Below, piece by piece: positions 37,647 through 51,194 of a DNA stretch of 64,000 nt (positions within the stretch are counted from its first letter, which is position 1; each line of letters opens with the position of its first letter). Source of the DNA: Octopus sinensis (Eukaryota); NCBI RefSeq assembly GCF_006345805.1, contig NC_042997.1, positions 83,886,001-83,950,000 of the forward strand. Reading direction: 5' to 3'. Under the pieces are notes generated by a model. That model did no database searches, was not told the origin of the DNA, and saw only the letters and a program-made list of their open reading frames with translations. A program made the translations under genes and the position numbers.

Positions 37647-39039
37647 GATGATGATAATGACGGTGATGCTGATGATGTTGATGGTGGACTTGCTGCTGGT
37701 TTTATTTACGATCTTGTTTCTAATTTATGCCACTGCAAACCATCAGTAATCTACCAACATTAATCATCTTTGTCTGTATATTAAATGTACATATTCTTGT
37801 CTATAAACATGTGTGTGTATGTCTATGAATGTGCTTGTGTATATGTATGTGTGTGAGTGTATTGGTCAACTAAGTAAAATATCAGTTTTCTACATGTCAG
37901 CTTTAAGCATTCTGTGTTTTGGTTTATTGACTGCATAATCTTTCCAAGTACTGAATCAATGACTGATAGCAGCAATGCATGTTTGTTCTTTCTGTGCAAA
38001 TTATATGACCTCTATTGTAAGCCAGCTGTAATTAATTGTATTTTGGGTTTTACTTCACAGAAAATCCCACATTATCACCAGCTGACCTCAATGCTGGAAA
38101 AGAAAAATGAGCTTAGTTCATCATGTCATGATATTCTGAAATTCCTCTCCATGAATTAAATAAATCTATTTATCTGCTGATGTTTCTACTGGAACACAGC
38201 TGGCATCTTAAGCATATAATGGATTAGATGATCTCATCCATTCCAAGACTGGAATCACCATTCCAAAATGTAAGATACTATGAAACATATTGTATGGGAA
38301 TTGATATCTTCCCCCACTTTTCATTTTAAAACATGCACACAGAGTATTTAATTCTGCACTGTTCTGTCACAACCATATGTAATCACTGCTCTTACATTTT
38401 TGTATGCCACAAAATCAACATCATCATCATCATCACCACCTTCATCATTGTTTAACATTTGTTTTCCATGATGGCATGGGTTGGATGGTTTGACAGGAGC
38501 TGGTCAGACTCCAATTGTCTGTTATGGCATGGTTTCTATGGCTTTATGCCCTTCTTAATGCCAACCACTTTACAAAGTGTGCTGGGTGCTATTTACGTGC
38601 CACTTCCACAGGCACGTTTACACAGCACTGGCACAAGTGCATTTCATGTGGCACCTGCACTTGTAAAGACATGCCTGTATGTATGGATGGCAGAGATTTT
38701 ACTTAGCTTGATGCATCTTCTCAAGTACAGCAAATCACAACTCCTGGCTTCTTGTCATTTCCTCAGTGAGTAAATTATGTCTGTATGTATGTATGCATGC
38801 ATGCATGTATATAAAGATAAGATCCAAGGATCTTACCCCTCATAGTAATAACCCCTTGTTTGGGTAATTGACACTTCCAAGGTTCTGCCAGCTATGAAAC
38901 ATAGCTAGCCTGGATTTTATCTAATCCATTCCCTAAATTTGGATATATATATATATAACAAAATAATAAATAAAACATATGCATATATACATACATATAT
39001 GTACGTACCTACATCTATATGAATATATACATGCATACA

Positions 39040-39645
39040 TAGGTACAGGACATCAAAAAAATGTCAAACACAATGAGAAACGAAAACATAAAAACAGAAC
39101 CATGGAAACGGACAATTTTTTTAAAACAACAAAAAAACAGGGTACAAGACATACAACACAAGGAAAATTCCCCTTCTTCAGCTGCCTCCGTTTTGTCTAC
39201 TCTGTGTTTCGAAGGTAAAGGCGAGACACAACTTCGGTGAAATGGTCCTTCCCGCAAATCAAATTAAATAAAATTTGAGATTTTTTGCGGAGGGCTAAAA
39301 GTGGTAACAAAAACAGGACAGTAAAAACAATATAAGACAGTAAAAATACAAATAAAAATAAAAACAGTAAAAGACAGGACAAGTAGAATAACAGTAATAA
39401 GAAATTTAAGGGCTGTTAAGCCGAACAAAAGAAAAATTATTTTGAACGCGTGAGAACAATTGCATAAGAAAGGGATAGGATGCTGTCTATACTTGTTGAA
39501 GGCTGTGGTCAGAAAGACAGGAGGACTCTGGTCACATGTTTTTTCGTATATATATACATATATATATGTATATATGCATATGTTTTATTTATTATTTTGT
39601 TATTATACGATGAAACGCCACGCATCCTCTTCCAAGTAAGTTTTA
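39040..39645. mobile_element. Family-P (TA)n-embedded repeat
   Basis: Shares several blocks with 8738-9135 and is flanked by TA-rich microsatellite. Confidence 0.6.
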
Positions 39646-39840
39646 TATATATATATTAAGATTTAGATTTAACTTCAAAATTTAAACTGCATTTTGGGTA
39701 TGTCCCTAATAGTATGTCAGCAAAGCATGTTCGCTGTTTATGGTCACCTGATGTCAACCATGGTAATTGCACAATCATTGCTGGATCTATGTTAGGAATT
39801 CCTCAGCGCATGTTAAGTATAGTAGAAACAACTGACATCA

Positions 39841-40076
39841 AAGATAGAGTATACTGGAAGCTTTATTAATCTGACTACTATCAACATGTTCTAGTTAAGC
39901 TTAAGAGCAAAACGTTACTTATGTAATGAGAAACTGAGTTATGTCACCTAAAGAGATGCTTCTGCACTGTGGGGTGCATTAGAATTCATTGTATAGTTTC
40001 CCACCCACAAGGGAGCAGTGCATGATGTGTCGAAATGACTGTTGTGATAAATAAAGTTTCCAGTATACTCTATCTT
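39841..40076. repeat. 27-bp inverted repeat bracketing ~180 bp, in a TA-flanked cassette
   Basis: aagatagagtatactggaagctttatt (39841-39867) / aataaagtttccagtatactctatctt (40050-40076), one mismatch. Confidence 0.8.
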
Positions 40077-42348
40077 CCATATCAATTGTCTTTACTATAT
40101 ATATACAAATAGATATAGTAATTGCTATTGTTGTTGTGTAGATCCAGGAGGCCTATGATTGAAAGTACACCAGTTAAAACCGCCTCACCTTTTAACTAGG
40201 GATAAGAAACCCAAGACTATATCGTTAAGTGCATACTTTCTTCTTTGAAGTGGTACTTTATGAATTGACAAAGATTTGTTCACTATTCTAAGCAGATTGA
40301 TTGAAGACATATATATGCTGGTTTATACTGAGATATTGTCCAAGTGAGACAGACACACAGATGGGCAGTGTACGTTTGTGTGTGGGGATGATGGGCAGGG
40401 TATATGTCTGTGTGTGAACAGGCTTGTGAAGTACACACAAACACTCTCACATGACTCCCTTTTACTTTCTTAAATATAATTGATAACATTTTATGTTCCC
40501 AAGTATACTGCTGGTTACAGTTTTCAATCTCAAGACATGAGTTACCAAGTCTATAGAATTAATGGTGCTTTACGAACAATCTACATTTCTTAGATTAATA
40601 AAGATCGAGACTGGATTCTCATTATTTACTGAGGATGCAATGTTAGATTTAGTGAAGCTGTTGACTTAGCCACAGGTAGAGACTAATGATGCAAGTAGAT
40701 TGGTAAATGTGGAGGACTTCTCCAAGTAGAAATGGAAATGGATGCTCAAGAACACAAGAAACTAACTACAGAGCACTGAACTTAAAGAAGTTTTCTTTCT
40801 ATGTTGTCAGGAAGATGAAGTGAATTCATTAGCTTGTTGCCAACTGAAAGACTGTTAGAGAAGCACAATATATTTAGAGTGGTGATATTCATCCGCACTT
40901 AAATGCAGATGTTCTGTTAGAACAAACTATGCTGTGGTAGATACTAAGAGAGAAATGCTCATTTGTTTATATCACTAGCAGGGGAGATAAATACCTGTCT
41001 TCAGCAGATCATGAGATTTTGACTTTCCTTACTCTCATCACTGATGGATGCTCGACCACTAGTCAATATGTGAGTTCGTCCAATGATATCTACTGCAGTA
41101 TTGTTTGTTCTAACAGAACATCCACATTTAAGTAGGAATAAATATTACCGCTTGGTATTAATACTGCCTCTGTTGTTAATAAATCATGATCATGATCCTC
41201 ATCCTCCTTTGACATCAGTTTCCCATGCTGGCATGGGTTATTTACCATGGGTTATTATACATGGGTTTTACCATGGGTTATTATACTGGCATGGGTTATT
41301 ATACACGACCAATAATGCTAGCTTAGATGCCAACAACCCAGTAATACAAACCTTACGGAATCAAATTAGGAGTTCAAATCTACTTAGTTATGGCCATCTA
41401 TTTTGTTTTCTCTTCCCACCAAAGCTGAGTAAATAAACACCCATAGTACATTGGGGTTAAGTTATTCAGTTGGTCCCCTTCCACTTATAAGATTTTTTTC
41501 CCCTCCATGCCCAAGAAAGAAATCATTATATAGGCATAGAGATAAACAACCTTTTGTATTCTAAGAGTTTCAATATTATTGAATAACAAAAACATTCGGC
41601 GGTTGCACAGAAAACACAGCTGTAGGGTGGTGGTGGTAGTGGTGTCAAGTAGAATCCTCTATCATGATTCTAGAATTTCATGGTAAAAGAGAGGAGAAAC
41701 TGTTGTTAAGAAAGTCTACAAGATAAAGATTTATTTTCTTTTTTAATTCATTCCAATGAACACTTGGATAGTAACCATGGAATAAGGAGTGCAAAACAAA
41801 AATGAGGGATGAAATTATAAATACAACAAAATAACAGTAATGGATTCTTTTTCCTAAACACAATGGCTTATTTATATGGAATTATTGTGAAAAAAAAACC
41901 AAACAAAAAGACTCAAGAAACAAAAATAAACAACAAAAATTGAGAAAATGAAAGGCATGCGGAAAGGAAAAAAAATCAATCGCAGTTTATTGTAAACACA
42001 CTTTATAGACATTAGAGAGAATAAATAGCAGTGTTGACTGCATTAAGATTAGAAGTTAGAACTGTAAACCATATTCATCTATTTAATTCCAATAAAATAT
42101 TTTGCTAATATCTAGCTGTCTGTCTGTATGTATGCGTGAGTGTATTTCCTAATATGGTTCAAGGTTCAGTCCCACTGCATAGTACCACTTGCAGTTGTCC
42201 CCAGTCTGATCAGCAGAATGGGGACACCTTGGAAAGTGTCTTTTACTATAGCTTCGAGTTGACCAAAGCCTTGTGAGTGGGATTTAGTAGATAGAAAATG
42301 AAAGAAGCCCATCATATGCACACGTGTGTGTGTATAAATATCTATCTA

Positions 42349-42395
<47 letters not shown>

Positions 42396-42404
42396 ATGTG
42401 TGTG

Positions 42405-43727
42405 TGTATGTATAGTTCATAGATGAGATCCAGATATTCTCCATAGAGAAAACACTTAGTAGTAGTGCGCAAAAGATAGTATGTATTTATTATATTTAAT
42501 ATATTTGATGTATCTAATTTATTTATCTCCATAATTGCTTCTATATACACACACATATATACACAATATATACACACGTGTGTGTGTGTGTGTGTTGGTG
42601 CGCACATGTTTCTTTGTATCTCTGATTGTCTCCCACCACTACTTGACAACCAGTGTTGGTGTGTTTACCTCCCTGTAACTTAGGTCAGCAAAAGAGACTG
42701 ATAGAGTAAGTACCAATCTTAAAAAATTAGCCCTGGGGTACTGGTATCAGATATAAGTTTGTCCAGATGTTCTGTGAAGACTTCCGTGAGTAAATTTAAA
42801 AACATTCCTGGCCGAATCCTATGTTTTCATTACTGCAATTATTTTCAGTGATTTTTTTAACATGATTTTTTGTGACGAATATGATTATCATTGGGATAAT
42901 CTGGAGGAAGCAATCGCAACAAATTCTCCAAAACAAGTCAGAGATCTGTTTGCAGATCTTCCCCTTCAGGGTCGGTAGCTTAAAAGCTATATACTAGCTT
43001 AAAAGCCACTTGTTAGGGCGGCTTTTAAGCTAGTATGCATACATGTGTGTATGTATATATGTGTGTGTGTGTGTGTGTGTATGTATAGTTCATAGATGAG
43101 ATCCAGATATTCTCCATAGAGAAAACACTTAGTAGTGCGCAAAAGATAGTATGTATTTATTATATTTAATATATTTGATGTATCTATTTATTTATCTCCA
43201 TAATTGCTTCTATATACACACACATATATACACAATATATACACACGTGTGTGTGTGTGTGTGTGGTGCGCACATGTTTCTTTGTATCTCTGATTGTCTC
43301 CCACCACTACTTGACAACCAGTGTTGGTGTGTTTACCTCCCTGTAACTTAGGTCAGCAAAAGAGACTGATAGAGTAAGTACCAATCTTAAAAAATTAGCC
43401 CTGGGGTACTGGTATCAGATATAAGTTTGTCCAGATGTTCTGTGAAGACTTCCGTGAGTAAATTTAAAAACATTCCTGGCCGAATCCTATGTTTTCATTA
43501 CTGCAATTATTTTCAGTGATTTTTTTAACATGATTTTTTGTGACGAATATGATTATCATTGGGATAATCTGGAGGAAGCAATCGCAACAAATTCTCCAAA
43601 ACAAGTCAGAGATCTGTTTGCAGATCTTCCCCTTCAGGGTCGGTAGCTTAAAAGCTATATACTAGCTTAAAAGCCACTTGTTAGGGCGGCTTTTAAGCTA
43701 GTATGCATACATGTGTGTATGTATATA

Positions 43728-43760
<33 letters not shown>
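42405..43760. repeat. Near-identical tandem duplication, ~670-bp unit x2
   Basis: tatagttcatagatgagatcc at 42411 and 43084; gcttttaagctagtatg at 43021 and 43689. The units are bounded by (GT)n. Confidence 0.95.
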
Positions 43761-43769
<9 letters not shown>

Positions 43770-45520
43770 CATTTATATATATATATATGCACACATATAA
43801 TCATGATACAAATTATTAGGGTGTACTCATTTAGTTACTTGTTGAGAACTGTTGAACATTAAGAGCCACAAGTGGTTGATAGTGTTAACGACAATTAACT
43901 CTCAATCTTCCACAGATTTGGCAGTGTGACAAAGTACAGTTTACAGAAAGTTTTTATATTGTCAAATGTGTGGAATTATTGGTGTATGATTGATGAGGAT
44001 TTTGTGGGGTTGTGGTAAAGAGTATAGCAAAGTAAATGCTTACTCAGCCAATGAAAACTAACACTTAGCTCTGGTGTCATGGCATGAAATAGATGTGAAA
44101 TAGGTCCCTTCAAATTTTTCAGGTAGCACTCCCAGATGTTCTACTTCCTATTCTTGGTAACTAGGTGAAGTGAATATTGCCACATTAAAGTGGCAATATG
44201 AAATACCAGCAGTATATTTGAATACACAAATGAAGAGCTGACAGCCCAATACTTCATTCACTCGTTGGCTTAAATCCATCTTTGGACAAGTGAGCTTCTA
44301 TATGGTCTGCTGAAATACTAGAAATAGCAACTTAATATCTTTTTTTAATATATTATCCTGCAGGATAATGAAATGCTTGAAAACAAAAAAAAAATTGCAG
44401 AAGTCCTATCCATTACTAAGTCCAACTGTTGTGGTACAGTGGCTTGTGTAAGTGCCTCCACTGCCAGTGGAGTGTAAGCTCCTCCTAGGAACTCCTATTC
44501 CCATACTGGTCAGATCAAAGGAAAAAGGCCAGGTTAACATGGATCACTATTCCCCAGAGGTAAAAATGGTTTTGTTGAGGGGCAACATCCCTACTTAGAA
44601 AAAAGCAACACCATGGAAACGTCAACGACAGCTAGAAACCAATATGATCTGGGAGGAAAAGATAACCCTGATTTAAGGACAGCGAAAAAAAGTCATCAAT
44701 AGCCTGTGCTCTATAGGGAAAGAAAGGATCAACAAAGAGCAAAGACATATTATATTACTTTTAATCACATGTCAGCTTGATTGGGGCTGGCCCAACACTA
44801 ATAACAACCAGAAATAAAATAATTTATAAGTGTTGCTATTCAGTGAATTTACTAACATTGTTCCTGTGAAAGTAAGAATGCAAATGGCTTCAGTTATCAT
44901 ACAGGGGATCCACAGAAATAGGTATTGCACAAAGATTCTGTGGCAGTTAAACATCTATTTGTTACTAGTCTTCTCTATATCTAAGAAAAATTTTGAAATC
45001 TACTTTGAATTAACTTCAGCATTAATGATCATTTCCCTCCTTGGTGATCAAATTAAAACTGTTTGGTTAGTTGTAGTTTGTTGTTAAGCCTAAATGAGCA
45101 GATGTATGAGTCAACTCTGACTAACCACATCTTTTTCCCTAAATGCAAGGAAATTGGGACCACATTATTCAAAATGTTCTTTCCTCAGCTATTAGTGAGT
45201 GATGTTGGCAGCTGTTCCTAACAGGCTGAGCAACCTAATTCCAACCCATTCTATCAAGTGTCTCTACTTGTCAATACATTATCCAATACATCATTCTTTG
45301 ATAGGAAAGGTGTCATTTAAAGGAAATTTGGCAGCTATTTCTAACCAACCAAATGACAGCATAGAATCTCTCTCATTGGCTCATTTTACATCTTTTTATG
45401 TAAGCATATTTCGATTAAAAGTTTATGGAGTCAATATGGTGTCAATTTAATTTATGGTCACAACATGTGCATATATGTGAGCACACATACACACAGCTCT
45501 CTCATTCATATATGTATGTA

Positions 45521-45568
<48 letters not shown>

Positions 45569-45876
45569 CATAAACACAGAGCTATTTGGATCACTAACTT
45601 TATATACACTATGAGCTAAAATGTAATTTTATTAGCTTGGTTGACTAATTTTACATATTAGCATGACTAACTCACTTTACATCTGTTTCTACTAGTCTCA
45701 GTTATTAACTTTACATAACATGTACCAAAGAATAGTCCTACCAGCATAGGTCATAAGTTGTGACAGATATTATGCACACATACACAGATCTATCTGCCTG
45801 CATGCCTGCCTACCTACCTATCCATCTACTTACCCACCCAAAATCCATCCATCCATCTATCCACTTATCTTGCTAC

Positions 45877-45910
<34 letters not shown>

Positions 45911-46084
45911 CTATCTCCTTATCTATCTCTCTCTCTCTTTCTCCTTATCTATCTATCTATCTATTTATCTATCTATCTATCTACTTATCTATCTATCCAT
46001 CCATCCACCCACTCACCCAAACACCCACCCACCCACCTACCTACCTACCTACCTATCTATCCATTTGCTGTCAACACCCACTAA

Positions 46085-46960
46085 ATGGTGAGCTAGGCAT
46101 GCTGTGATTGATGATGCACAGACATGCATGAGACTGCAACATCTCTGGTGCTTCATAGACGATGGTAAACAGGTGTGGTCGTCGATTGTGCAGTGTACTT
46201 TCCTGCAGCTTGTCTCCTTGGCCAAACTACAGTTGTGGATCAAACAGAGACCGAGGCTAGGCGAATGGCACCACAAGTGTCGCGTTGCTCTCAAGTGACT
46301 CTGCTGTCTGTTGTGCAACTTCATTACAATAAAGGCGTTCTATAGAGGATTAGTGAAGGAGAGGTGTGATAACATTCTCAGGCAGAATCTGGGCGGCAAT
46401 GAGGAACACCTGACCTGCCTGTTCAGGACAACTTTCAGGTTGGGACCTATGGACAATCACCAAAGATCCCTGGCCCGGCAGTGCTATCAAGAAGCATTAC
46501 CCATTCGGGATAAGCTCTACAGGCATGGTTCAAGACACACCAGACCGAATTGCCTGAGATGTGGTCAGAGCAACGAAACTGTTCTGCACGCACTCGTGCA
46601 GTGTCCAACCATATCAGACCTGTGGGCTTATGCCGAACGGCTGCTGTCACGTGTGGGATGTGTCTGCCTGTCGGCCGAGTCTATTGTGAAAATTGCTCTG
46701 CAACCTTCCCTTAACTGGGAAGGCAAGGTGGCCATGGTGAAAGAATGTGTGTGGTGGACTTGAGCAAAAGGATTAGAGACAAACACTTACTTCTCTGGCC
46801 AATTACTTGTCAACTTTTTCAAGTACCACTTGAAAAGGAAGGTGAGAATAGAGAGACAGGTTTTGTCTCATGAAAGTTTAAAAAAAAGTGAGTCAATATA
46901 GCAACGATGGTGTGTGCGAGTGTCAAAACCACTTTGAGCATGATCCTGTAAATTGAAAGC

Positions 46961-46992
<32 letters not shown>

Positions 46993-47140
46993 AACACTTT
47001 GCTCTCATGTGCTTATTCTCTCCCTGCCTGAGGTTACTGTGGTCTTTTCCGTAGGCTTTTCTTTCCATGGATAAACCTAATCTTACTTTTTACATTTTAA
47101 AAATTTTCTGTGATACATGCCAATAAAGAAAGTTATCTAT
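46085..47140 (+). mobile_element. L1/Tx1-clade LINE 3' fragment (zf-RVT-like CCHC region)
   Basis: ALPIRDKLYRHG...CLRCGQSNETVLHALVQCPTISDLW (C-x2-C...H-x4-C..W), then FKYHLKRKVRIERQVL. It ends gccaataaagaaa, with (CTAT)n on both sides. Confidence 0.8.
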
Positions 47141-48039
47141 CTATATAAACACCATTGCTAAAAAACACTCACACACATGATCAACATACATTTATGCTTT
47201 GCAAATGTGAAAAATAGTACTCAGTACATGCAGGGGAGTATATTCGTTTGAATTAAGTCGATGATTCATTCTATAGCAACTTGAAGTTTTGCATGATGCA
47301 CTCATTCAGTCTTTACTGTCTCCACTGTTTCATTGATAGGAATGTGTGGGTGTGAGGGGGGCATGCGTGTGTGAGAGAGAGAGTGTGTGTGTGTGTGTGC
47401 CTACTTATAAATCTGTGTAGTAACTATTATATGCTGATAGATGACCTAGTTCTTCTAGTTCAATCTATAGAAGAACTGGTAAAGAAATTCCAGGCATAGA
47501 AGCAAAACCTTAAACTGAGAGATCTTTAAGATTTATAGAAAAAGTAGCATTTTGGCAAATTGGGTAACAGACAGGCATCTCAAATATGGTACATATGGAA
47601 GGAGCGTAGAGGCAATAAGCACTAAGAGTACATAAAACAGACTCTCTGAGATGTCAGAGTGGCTCTCAAAGAGTATTTGATAGTTCCTGTTACCCAGATG
47701 ACCTTATTAGCAGTGGGGATAGAGGTTTTGAAAGCATAGTAGTAATTTGTTAATCACAAGGACATCCATTCATCACCCACAAGCACATATTGTGTAGTAA
47801 CATTTAACAAGTTTTTTCACTGATTGTTTTAGGTGACTAAGTAAGTTGCAAGCAGATTTAGATGTCCTCTAGGGCTTCAGTAGTCTTGATCCTAAAGAAT
47901 ATCTAGGATGTGGATGATGGAGTGAATGAGGACTGCAGCAGTTTGCTGATTAGTAGTTATTACAACTGAGCAGATAGAAACAAGAAGATAGAAGTGCCTT
48001 GCGCAAGAACAAAATGTACCACCCAGTCCATTTATAGAA

Positions 48040-48090
48040 ATATGTATATATATATATATGCATATATAAATATATATATACATACACATA

Positions 48091-48130
<40 letters not shown>

Positions 48131-48196
48131 TACATATACATATATATATATATATACATATATCATACATATATATATATACATATATACATATAC

Positions 48197-48227
<31 letters not shown>

Positions 48228-48474
48228 CATATACATATTACATATACATATATATATATATATACATATATCATACATATATATAATATACATATACATA
48301 TATACATATACATATATATACATATATACATATACATATATATATATACATATATATATATAATATACATGTATATATATACATGATATATATATATATA
48401 CATTATATATACATGTATATAATATATACATATATATATATAAATATATATATATATAACATATATATATATAC

Positions 48475-48505
<31 letters not shown>

Positions 48506-48506
48506 C

Positions 48507-48562
<56 letters not shown>

Positions 48563-48563
48563 C

Positions 48564-48610
<47 letters not shown>

Positions 48611-48629
48611 CATATATATATACATATAC

Positions 48630-48690
<61 letters not shown>
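48040..48690. repeat. Long (TA)n/(TACA) microsatellite
   Basis: Directly visible. Confidence 0.97.
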
Positions 48691-48693
48691 CAC

Positions 48694-48960
48694 GGAGGCG
48701 CAATAGCCTAGTGGTTAGGGCAGCGGACTCGCGGTCGCAGGATTGCGGTTTCGATTCCCAGACCGGGCGTTGTGAGTGTTTATTGAGCAAAAACACCTAA
48801 AGAGCTCCATGAGGCTCCGGCAGGGGGTGGTGATCCCTGCTGTACTCTTTCACTACTCTTTCTCCCACTCTTTCTTCTGTTGGCCAGCTCGCTTAGCCAG
48901 CGGGGTGGCGTCATTCGATGTGTAACATCTGATGGTCTGGTCAGTCATGTGATCACGTGA
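48694..48960 (+). mobile_element. tRNA-derived SINE (family-C-related head, different body)
   Basis: A box tagcctagtgg, B box ggtttcgattccc, then gaccgggcgttgtgagtgtttattgagcaaaaacacc. CpG-rich. Confidence 0.8.
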
Positions 48961-49086
48961 TATACATACACATATGCATATATATATAGTTAATCCAAAC
49001 ATGAAAACACAAAGAGAAAACACAACGCGAGGACGTGGAACAAATATAGTATTATTGGACGCACAGGAAAGAAGGGAAGGAGGAGG

Positions 49087-49121
49087 GTTTTACGTTTCGA
49101 GTGGAGCTCTTCATCAGAAAC
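49087..49121 (-). ncRNA. Minimal type-I hammerhead ribozyme motif (Penelope-type)
   Basis: Minus strand GUUU-CUGAUGA-A-GAG-cucca-CUC-GAAA-CG-UA^AAAC: stem I GUUU/AAAC, stem II GAG/CUC, complete core, GUA cleavage triplet, and palindromic ACGU in place of stem III. Confidence 0.7.
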
Positions 49122-49222
49122 ATAGGAAAAGGAAAGATCCACAGAAGGGAAGACGGAGGAAAAAACAATCGGCAACGGTACACACGTGGTCACATTATAT
49201 ACATCTATATATAATACATATG

Positions 49223-49281
<59 letters not shown>

Positions 49282-49283
49282 GT

Positions 49284-49712
49284 ATCATCATCATCATCAT
49301 CATCATTTAGCGTCCGTTTTCCATGCTAGCATGGGTTGGACGGTTTAACTGGGGTCTGTGAAGCCGGGAGGCTTCATCAGGCCCAGTCAGATTTGGCAGT
49401 GTTTCTACGGCTGGATGCCCTTCCTAACGCCAACCACTCCATGAGTGTAGTGGGTGCTTTTTACGTGCCACCTGCACAGGTGCCAGACAAGCTGGCAAAC
49501 GGCCACGAACGGATGCTGCTTTTACGTGCTACCGGCACAGGGGCCAGGCGAGGCTGGTAACGGACACGAACGGATGGTGCTTTTACATGCTACCGGCACG
49601 GGGGCCAGGCGAGGCTGGCAACGGACATGAACAGATGGTGCTTTTACGTGCTACCGGCACGGGGGCCAGGCGAGGCTGGCAACGGACACGAACGGATGCT
49701 GCTTTTACGTGC
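49284..49712 (-). mobile_element. RTE 3' UTR fragment with four 60-bp units
   Basis: (CAT)n tail, terminal block shared with 23765-23937, and unit gctaccggcacgggggccaggcgaggctggcaacggacacgaacggatggtgcttttacgt. Confidence 0.88.
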
Positions 49713-49743
49713 TATATATATACATATATATATATATACATAC

Positions 49744-49777
<34 letters not shown>

Positions 49778-49867
49778 ACATATACATATACATATATATA
49801 CATATACATATATATACATATACATATACATATATATACATATACATATACATATATATACATATAC

Positions 49868-49899
<32 letters not shown>

Positions 49900-49971
49900 A
49901 CATATACATATACATATATATACATATACATATATATACATATACATATATATATATATATATACATATAT

Positions 49972-50014
<43 letters not shown>

Positions 50015-50105
50015 CATATATATATATATTAGACATACACATAGACATATAATTTATATATATATTATATGATATACGTATGCATATATATATATATATA
50101 TATAT
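49713..50105. repeat. (TA)n/(TATACA)n microsatellite
   Basis: Directly visible. Confidence 0.95.
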
Positions 50106-50232
50106 ATGTAGAATAATGAAGAAATAAATGGACAGTTATCTCCTTTATACAGTTCAACTAATTAGCAATCTAATTATACTTCTCTCGCTAACATATATGT
50201 ATATATATAATATATATATATATATATCTATA

Positions 50233-50600
50233 TGTATAGAGGGCATTATTACACATAAATGCCTCACACTAGGAGGGACAGAGTCATTACTACCAAAATT
50301 ATACTAATCATCAAATGCAGTTTTCAAAGCAAGACATTTAAAATGAATAAAAATATTCATTTTTAAATGTCTTGCTTGAAAAACTGCATTTGGGTATGAT
50401 TAGTATAATTTTGGTAGTAATGACTCTGTCCCTCCTAGTGTGAGGCATTATGTGTAATAATGCCCTCTATACAATATAGATATAATAATTGTTCAGAAGA
50501 AAAAAATTATTTTCGGATTCTTTCTTTTATGAGGTTTCACGCTAGCTACCTGATAATTTCTTGTTAAGATCCCTTATTAAGAGATTATCCTTAATTGTTA
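50233..50600. mobile_element. (TA)n-embedded cassette containing a ~240-bp near-perfect palindrome (50233-50472)
   Basis: tgtatagagggcattattacacata...ctaggagggacagagtc...aaaatgaata-aaaa-tattcattttt...gactctgtccctcctag...gccctctataca. Same family as 6082-6597, in opposite orientation. Confidence 0.8.
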
Positions 50601-50889
50601 AACTTATATATATATATATATATATACATACATATATGTATTACGTATATGTATATACATATGCATATAATTATATATATATATGTACATAAGCACATAT
50701 ATTATATATATATATAGAAATATTATGTACATAAGCCACATATATTATATAATATATATATATATGTGTGTGTAAACATAAGCATATATATGTGTATACA
50801 TAAGCATATATATATATGTGTGTGTGTATATACATATGCATATATATACATATTGTATATATATACATATCCATATATAATAGATACAT

Positions 50890-50935
<46 letters not shown>

Positions 50936-51194
50936 ATATATATATATTATATATGAAAGACAAAAAAGTGTGAAAAAACTACAGAAGGATGGTGTTATAT
51001 GGTTAAAGAATATATTTAAATTGTTATGTTAGAAGAATGTTATAAAATTTTGCGTATAGTAACATTCTTTTTGGATAAATAACCGGTTTAATATTTTCTT
51101 TCCAAATTTCTCAGATTTCTTTACCTATATTGTGTCATGTCCTTGCTATGTTGTGAAATATGGAATAATAATAATCAAGGGGGTTGCAGTCGGA

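Noticed and set aside
39165-39220. Permuted hammerhead-like words on the minus strand (ccttcGAAACacagagta...CTGAAGAaggg)
   Set aside because: No stem I can be formed and stem II needs two G-U pairs; not supportable from this copy alone.
44440-44720. Possible RTE 5' UTR or HDV-like ribozyme relic
   Set aside because: Only a vague resemblance (gaggggcaacatccctac); no pseudoknot could be assembled by eye.
48694-48770. Possible tRNA genes (also 31700-31768 and 19764-19835)
   Set aside because: A and B boxes are present, but there is no clean acceptor stem or poly-T terminator, and each runs into a SINE body.
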